A DNA stretch of 64,000 nt, taken from assembly GCA_033549025.1 (NCBI GenBank), contig JAWSUS010000010.1, positions 1 to 64,000 of the forward strand, read 5' to 3'. Numbering within the stretch: position 1 is the first letter of the stretch; each line of letters opens with the position of its first letter. The translations under genes were made by a program, and so were the position numbers. Origin of the DNA: Desulfuromonadales bacterium. GTDB lineage: Bacteria > Desulfobacterota > Desulfuromonadia > Desulfuromonadales > SZUA-540. The notes under the pieces were generated by a model. That model had not been told where the DNA came from, ran no database searches, and saw only the letters and a list, made by a program, of their open reading frames with translations. Of the stretch, positions 58,602 to 64,000 are shown in pieces.

Positions 58602-59351
58602 CTAAACCCGCTTGCTGCTGCGAAACTTTTTCAGCCAGACCTGCAGCTCTTCCTCCTCGTGTTCCAGCTCAAAGGCGTTGATCAGCCCCCGGCGCAGGGC
58701 AACGGATACCGCCCGGTTGCGCAGGTTGAAGGCATCGCCGAACTTTTCACTGTGAAATTGCTCCTGATCGAGGCCCAGCTTGGTGTAGAGGGTGTTGAGG
58801 CGGCTCTGCACGCCCCGGCGGGACAGGTAGCGGCGCTGGGCGATGAGGTTGTCGGTCAGGCCGAGAGAAATGTCCACCAGGGCCTCGTATTCGATATCGG
58901 ACAGAGCGGTCTGGCGGTGGCCGGCCCGGCCCTGAACTTTGCGCACCTCGGGGTCGATCCAGCACTGCTCGTCGATGAGTACGGTCTGCACCGCCGAGGC
59001 GATGCGCTCGCGGGTGTTGGATTTGAGCACGTAGCCGTACACCGTCTCCGGCGGCACGATGCTGGTCAGGGCGCGCACGTACATTTCATCCTTGTACTGG
59101 CTCCAGAAGATGATGCGGGCCATGGGTTTCTGTTCCCAGAGGGCACGGGCGAATTCAATGCCGTTGAGCTCGGGCATCTGGATGTCGCTGATCACCAGGG
59201 GCGTGTCCAGGCGCTGCGCCTTTTCCAGCGCGACTTTGCCGTTGTGGGCCCGTTCGATCTGGCAGGGGACTTCCAGTCCCTGCACGAGCTGTTCGAGAAA
59301 TTCGAAGTCCTTGGGATTGTCGTCGGCGATAAGAATGGTCAGGGGATCCAT
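58602..59351 (-). CDS. NarL/LuxR-type response regulator
   Basis: ILIADD...SDIQMP REC; LSDIE...GLTDNLIAQRRYLS HTH. Confidence 0.85.
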   Translation of the reverse strand: MDPLTILIADDNPKDFEFLEQLVQGLEVPCQIERAHNGKVALEKAQRLDTPLVISDIQMPELNGIEFARALWEQKPMARIIFWSQYKDEMYVRALTSIVPPETVYGYVLKSNTRERIASAVQTVLIDEQCWIDPEVRKVQGRAGHRQTALSDIEYEALVDISLGLTDNLIAQRRYLSRRGVQSRLNTLYTKLGLDQEQFHSEKFGDAFNLRNRAVSVALRRGLINAFELEHEEEELQVWLKKFRSSKRV

Positions 59352-59356
59352 GGAGA

Positions 59357-60736
59357 TCAGTCCTCCTGCGGATGGGATTTAAGGGGCATTATCAGTTCGA
59401 AACGGGTGCCGGTGGAGAAGCGGGACGGTCCCCACTGAACGGTGGAGCCGATGACCTTGGCCCGTTCGCGGATATTATGCAGTCCGCGCCCGGATCGCCC
59501 GTTCTGTGGCGGGGCGGTAAAGCCGACGCCGTTGTCTTCGACGGAGAGCACCAGTTCGCCGTTGCGGACATCCAGATTGACCTCATAGCGGCTGGCCTGG
59601 GCGTGGCGGATCACGTTGTGAATGGCCTCGATGGCGATGCGGTAAAGATTGAGGCGGTCCAGCCGGGCCAGGGGCGCGCGGTCGGCCTCGGGGGATATGT
59701 AAAGATGGTATTCGGGCAGGTTCCCTTTGGAAAAGTGCCTTTCCAGATGGGATTCCAGCGCCGCCCCCAGGCCGAGGATGTCGAGGGTCTGCGGATGGAG
59801 ATTGTCCATGATCTCCCGCAGGTTGGCCATGGCCCGCTGCAGATCTTCCTCCAGCCGGAGCCCTTCGGCCCCTTCAGGATTTTTCGCCCGCATGTCCTGA
59901 ATGCCGCGCAGCACCGAAGAGAGATCGGAGAGGGTCTGATCGTGAATGTCCATGGCGATGCGACGCCGTTCCTCTTCCGCCCCTTCGAGCAGCTTTTCGG
60001 TACCGATAACGCGGATCAGCTGATCGGTCATGCGGTTGATGGACAGGGCCAGCTCGTCCAGCTCATCATCAACGCGGGTCGGCGGCGTCAACGGGGTCAG
60101 GTCGCCGCCGGCGATGCGACCGGCACTGTCGGAAATGGATTGGATGCGCTTGAGAATCCGGCGTCCGAAAAACCGGGAAAGGAGAATGCCGAGCAGCAGC
60201 GCCGCCCCCAATACCACCAGGGAGACCAGGGCCGTGTGTTCCACCAGCTCGTCAATGTCCTTGGTCTGGGTGTTGCGCAGCCGTTCGCGCCGGTCCTGGG
60301 CCATCTCCACCAGGGAAACCAGTTGCGGACGCAACAGGGAGAGGGCGTCCAGGAGTTTTTTCGAGTTCAGACCGTCTTCGGGATTCAGGTCGTCGACGGC
60401 CTGGGAGAGCAGGGCCCGGGTACTTTCCGGCAGAATCAGCAGATCTTTGACGCGGACGATGGCTTCGGCCAGATGCCGGTGCAGCTGAATCATCTCTTCG
60501 AGCACCCGGATATCGACGAAATGCTCACGGGCCAGCTGCAGGGAGATGCCCTGCATACGCTGCGAGGCCAGGTCGGCTTCGGCCAGAGCGATGAAGACCA
60601 TGCCCAGACGGCGGGCTTCCTGCCGTTTGACGGACAGATCCCAGTAGGTGTACTGGAGAAAAGCCAGGGCCAGAGACATCAGCAGCAGGACGGTGGCCGG
60701 GGCGAGAATGATTTGGTGTTTAAGGGCAAGGCGCAT
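59357..60736 (-). CDS. HAMP sensor histidine kinase (HisKA_3)
   Basis: Two TM segments, HAMP, EERRRIAMDIHD, EAIHNVIRHA, DNGVG, GRGL. Confidence 0.9.
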   Translation of the reverse strand: MRLALKHQIILAPATVLLLMSLALAFLQYTYWDLSVKRQEARRLGMVFIALAEADLASQRMQGISLQLAREHFVDIRVLEEMIQLHRHLAEAIVRVKDLLILPESTRALLSQAVDDLNPEDGLNSKKLLDALSLLRPQLVSLVEMAQDRRERLRNTQTKDIDELVEHTALVSLVVLGAALLLGILLSRFFGRRILKRIQSISDSAGRIAGGDLTPLTPPTRVDDELDELALSINRMTDQLIRVIGTEKLLEGAEEERRRIAMDIHDQTLSDLSSVLRGIQDMRAKNPEGAEGLRLEEDLQRAMANLREIMDNLHPQTLDILGLGAALESHLERHFSKGNLPEYHLYISPEADRAPLARLDRLNLYRIAIEAIHNVIRHAQASRYEVNLDVRNGELVLSVEDNGVGFTAPPQNGRSGRGLHNIRERAKVIGSTVQWGPSRFSTGTRFELIMPLKSHPQED

Positions 60737-60820
60737 GGCGGAACGATAGCACAGCCCCGCAAGAAATACACTGTGCTTTTGCACAGATAGGATAGCCGAT
60801 AAAGACGCCTGTCTGGCGGC

Positions 60821-63085
60821 TTATGGCCGCTGCGGCATGTCGTGCTCAGCCTGTTGGGCGATAAAGGAGTCCAGCGCTGCGACAGGCAGGGGAGGCGAGC
60901 AGAGAAAACCCTGCATGTCGGTACAGCCTTTTTCCAGAAGATAGTCGAGCTGCGCTTTTGTTTCGACCCCCTCGGCCAACACCTGGAGGTTGAGACTGCG
61001 GGCCAGGGCGATAACTGAGGCGGTGATGGCGGCATCGTCACGGTTTTCGGGGACCCCACGGATGAAGGACTGATCGATTTTGAGGCGATCGATGGGAAAG
61101 TGCTTGAGGTAGTTGAGGGACGAGTAGCCGGTGCCGAAATCGTCGATGGACAGGCGAATGCCGAGTGCGCGAAGGCCCCGGAGGGTCTCTATGGTTTCTT
61201 CGGCGTTATCCATCAGCATGCTTTCCGTCAGTTCCAGTTCCAGGCAGCGGGGATTCAGACCCGTTTCGGCCAGGGTCTGCTGGATGGTCTGGACCAGGTT
61301 GGGCTCCTTGAACTGTTTCGGCGACAGGTTGACGGACATGGTGACCGGTCCCAGCTTGTTCTCCAAGGCCAGACTCTGTTCACAGGCGGCCTTGAGCACC
61401 CAGCGGCCGATAGGCAGGATAAGGCCGGTTTCCTCAGCCAGAGGGATGAATTTGCCCGGGAGAATCAGCCCGCTTTCAGGATGGTTCCAGCGCAGCAGGG
61501 CTTCAAAGCCGAGAAGCCGGTTCTGCGCCATATCCAGCTGGGGCTGATATTCCAGAAACAGCTCATCTCTTTCCAGGGCCAGGCGCAGATCGTTGCTCAA
61601 GAGCAATCGCTGCAGAGCCTTGGCGTTCATCTCGTCGGAGAAAAACTGGTAGGTGTTGCGACCCCGGTTTTTGGCCTGGTACATGGCGGCGTCGGCATTT
61701 TTGAGCAGGGTGTCGGCATCCCTGCCGCTGCGCGGGAAGAGGGCGAGGCCCAGGCTGGGTGTTACGGTGACGTCGATTTGCCGCAGGGCGAAGGGTGGGG
61801 AAAATCGCTCCAGCACCTTTTCGGCGATAATGACGGCATCGTCTTCGGTCTTGAGGTCTGGCAGGAGAAAGGCGAATTCGTCGCCGCCAAAACGGGAAAC
61901 GGTATCGCTGTCCCGCACGGACGAGGCCAGACGCTGACCCACCTCCTTGAGCAGCAAATCGCCCTGGGCGTGTCCGAGGGAGTCGTTGATGGATTTAAAG
62001 TTGTCGAGGTCGAGAAAGGCGACGCCGACCAGATGCTTGTGCCGCCGGGCCCGGGCCAGTTCCTGCTCAAGACGATCGTAAAAAAGGTCGCGGTTCGGCA
62101 GGTCGGTCAGCGTGTCGTAATAGGCCAGACGCTCGATGCGGGCCTCGGTTTTCTTGCGCTCAGTGATATCCCGGAAGATGCCGCGAGTGGCGACCGGTTG
62201 CCCGTTTTCAAAGCGGCAGTTGACGCTCCCCTCGATGAGCAGTTTCTCGCCCTTCTTGGTAACGAAGGTGGCTTCGAGTCGGCCCACCGTCTTGCCGTCC
62301 AGCAGTTCCTGGAACGTCAGAAAACAGTGATCGGCGCTGTCGCTGTGAATGAGCTGGGCTATGTGGAGATTCTGGGATTCTTCCAGGGTGTAGCCCAACG
62401 CCTCGCGCCAGGCCCGGTTGACATAGAGGATTTTTCCTTCAGGCGAGGTGCTCTGGATGAGGTCGTTGGCATTTTCCAGCAGATCGAGATAGCGGGACTC
62501 GCTGTCCCGTAGCTCCTGCTCGATGCGACGGCGCTCGGTGATGTCGCGGATGCTGCCGCGAATGGCGATGCGGCCCTTGGCCGTCTGAATGGGGCGGCAG
62601 GTGTGCTCGATCCAGCGCAGCCTGCCCTCACGAGTGAACAGCCGCAACTCCCGACAGGACTCGGCCAGCGCGCTGCTTGCATTCTCCCGCTGCTCCCGCC
62701 AGATGGGCAGGTCGTCGGGATGAATGATTTTTTCCACCAGCCCGGGTTCTTCGTGGAACTCCTGGGGCGCATATCCGGAGATGGAGAGACAGGCCGGGGA
62801 CATATAAGAGAAGCTGCCGTCGAATCTTTGCAGGTAGACACAGTCGGAGGCGAAGTCGGAGATGAGCCGGTAGCGGGCGGTGGCGCGCTGCAGGCGGATA
62901 TGCCAGAGCCCGAAAAGCAGACCAAAACAGCTGCCGATGAGGGAAGGCAGGAGATAGCCGCGGGGCGTGAGCGCAAATTCGGGACCACCCAGAATCCACT
63001 TTTGCAAGGTCGAAAGGACCAGAAGAAACAGCAACCCGGCCAAAATGGAGCGGAGGAGGAAAAAAACAGTTGATTTTCTCGTCAT
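60821..63085 (-). CDS. Membrane PAS-PAS-GGDEF-EAL protein
   Basis: Two N-terminal TM segments, PAS domains, [22 protein letters not shown]. Confidence 0.93.
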   Translation of the reverse strand: MTRKSTVFFLLRSILAGLLFLLVLSTLQKWILGGPEFALTPRGYLLPSLIGSCFGLLFGLWHIRLQRATARYRLISDFASDCVYLQRFDGSFSYMSPACLSISGYAPQEFHEEPGLVEKIIHPDDLPIWREQRENASSALAESCRELRLFTREGRLRWIEHTCRPIQTAKGRIAIRGSIRDITERRRIEQELRDSESRYLDLLENANDLIQSTSPEGKILYVNRAWREALGYTLEESQNLHIAQLIHSDSADHCFLTFQELLDGKTVGRLEATFVTKKGEKLLIEGSVNCRFENGQPVATRGIFRDITERKKTEARIERLAYYDTLTDLPNRDLFYDRLEQELARARRHKHLVGVAFLDLDNFKSINDSLGHAQGDLLLKEVGQRLASSVRDSDTVSRFGGDEFAFLLPDLKTEDDAVIIAEKVLERFSPPFALRQIDVTVTPSLGLALFPRSGRDADTLLKNADAAMYQAKNRGRNTYQFFSDEMNAKALQRLLLSNDLRLALERDELFLEYQPQLDMAQNRLLGFEALLRWNHPESGLILPGKFIPLAEETGLILPIGRWVLKAACEQSLALENKLGPVTMSVNLSPKQFKEPNLVQTIQQTLAETGLNPRCLELELTESMLMDNAEETIETLRGLRALGIRLSIDDFGTGYSSLNYLKHFPIDRLKIDQSFIRGVPENRDDAAITASVIALARSLNLQVLAEGVETKAQLDYLLEKGCTDMQGFLCSPPLPVAALDSFIAQQAEHDMPQRP

Positions 63086-64000
63086 AGGGTTGTGTCTTTC
63101 GCCGGCTCGGACCGGTTTCCTGATGAAAAGGCGCTTCTGGCCTCATTCAAAAGCATATCACCACAATGTATGTAGCGGGGTGAATGGTGAAATACGAGCA
63201 TCTTTCTGGCTTCGGCGGCTCGGGCGATCTCACCGGCCAAACGGGCGGTCAGGTGATTCCTCTTTCTGGCCCGCTCCAAGTCGGCATGGGTAAAGACCGC
63301 TTCGATGACCAAAAGATGCGCCTGCGCGGCCAGGGCGGTGATGGCTCGGATGTTGGCTGCCATAGGCGAGACATCCGTAACATAGACGACCTTCATGCCC
63401 CGCTCGCTATGGGCGACTGCATTATGAAGCTGGGCTAAGGATACGTGCAAAACCCCGCCCTTGGCAAGGGGAACCTCCAGCCGGGTCTCCCGATCAACAC
63501 CCTGACGCCAAAGATCCTTGAAGCGGGTCAGCCAAGGGCCAGGTAAAAATCCCTCCCTTTCAAGGGCGTCCTTGTGAATGGCGATATGCAGGGATTCCTC
63601 CAGGCTGAAAGCCAGCGAAACAATGTCTCCGTGGGTCAGAGGAACGGCCCGTATCTGATAATGAGGGCTCCGGTGCAGGACCCCGCCCGAGCAGTCAAAT
63701 TCTCCGATGGGTTGAGGTGCAAAGGCCCTGGAAGCCTCGAATCGGACCTCCTGGCCGGACCCTTCGCCCCATTCCCGCACGATCAGGGTGAAGGCCAGGT
63801 CATCGAAGAGATTCCAGGTGTAACCAGCCAACCGGTGGGTTATGCGGCTGATGATGCCGGGCGGGCCGTAGAGATAAAGGGTGTGGTCGCTGTAAAGAAA
63901 GCCGCGCAGCAGGCTGTCGAAGCCGATGAGGTGGTCGATGTGGGCATGGGAGATGAAAACGGCGCTGATGCGGCTGCGGCATCCCGGCGACAGCCGGTGC
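63082..64000 (-). CDS. Ribonuclease Z-like MBL-fold hydrolase (5' end outside window)
   Basis: The frame is open to the window edge: SHAHIDH, YGPPG, AGYTWNL, YVTD, HLT, FHHSPRY. Confidence 0.85.
   Translation of the reverse strand, partial: HRLSPGCRSRISAVFISHAHIDHLIGFDSLLRGFLYSDHTLYLYGPPGIISRITHRLAGYTWNLFDDLAFTLIVREWGEGSGQEVRFEASRAFAPQPIGEFDCSGGVLHRSPHYQIRAVPLTHGDIVSLAFSLEESLHIAIHKDALEREGFLPGPWLTRFKDLWRQGVDRETRLEVPLAKGGVLHVSLAQLHNAVAHSERGMKVVYVTDVSPMAANIRAITALAAQAHLLVIEAVFTHADLERARKRNHLTARLAGEIARAAEARKMLVFHHSPRYIHCGDMLLNEARSAFSSGNRSEPAKDTTL

Noticed and set aside
63800..63982. Apparent frameshift or separate ORF at the 5' end of the RNase Z-like gene
   Set aside because: The main frame is open to the window edge and contains HAHIDH.
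1..64000. CRISPR array, rRNA, prophage, integron or reverse transcriptase
   Set aside because: No repeat-spacer array or diagnostic genes were seen.

Overview
This is a GC-rich bacterial chromosome segment whose gene content (HgtR-like RHH protein, rhombosortase pair, LutB/LutC-type lactate oxidation genes, many PAS/GGDEF/EAL proteins and histidine kinases) suggests a Desulfuromonadales-type deltaproteobacterium; the taxon is an inference. Housekeeping genes are ileS-lspA, an RluA-family synthase, tRNA-Pro(CGG), htpX, rpsU, carB, plsY and mltG. Ion-homeostasis genes are dense: a Ca/Na antiporter, a P2-type ATPase, a 9-gene Mrp/Mnh antiporter operon and KtrAB. Decayed accessory elements include a Fic gene cut by an IS3-family end, a frameshifted rhombotarget lipoprotein and a ParE-like toxin with an internal stop. 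The most promising unexplained systems are: (1) a two-gene operon pairing an atypical KamA-family radical-SAM aminomutase with ribosomal protein bS21 behind a ~390-nt structured leader; (2) an orphan EhuB-like binding protein translationally coupled to a membrane PAS-GGDEF-EAL protein; (3) a yybP-ykoY Mn2+ riboswitch controlling htpX; (4) a membrane Ser/Thr kinase-FHA pair; (5) a 13-codon uORF coupled to the P-type ATPase. All family calls come from motif recognition by eye; no searches or folding computations were run.
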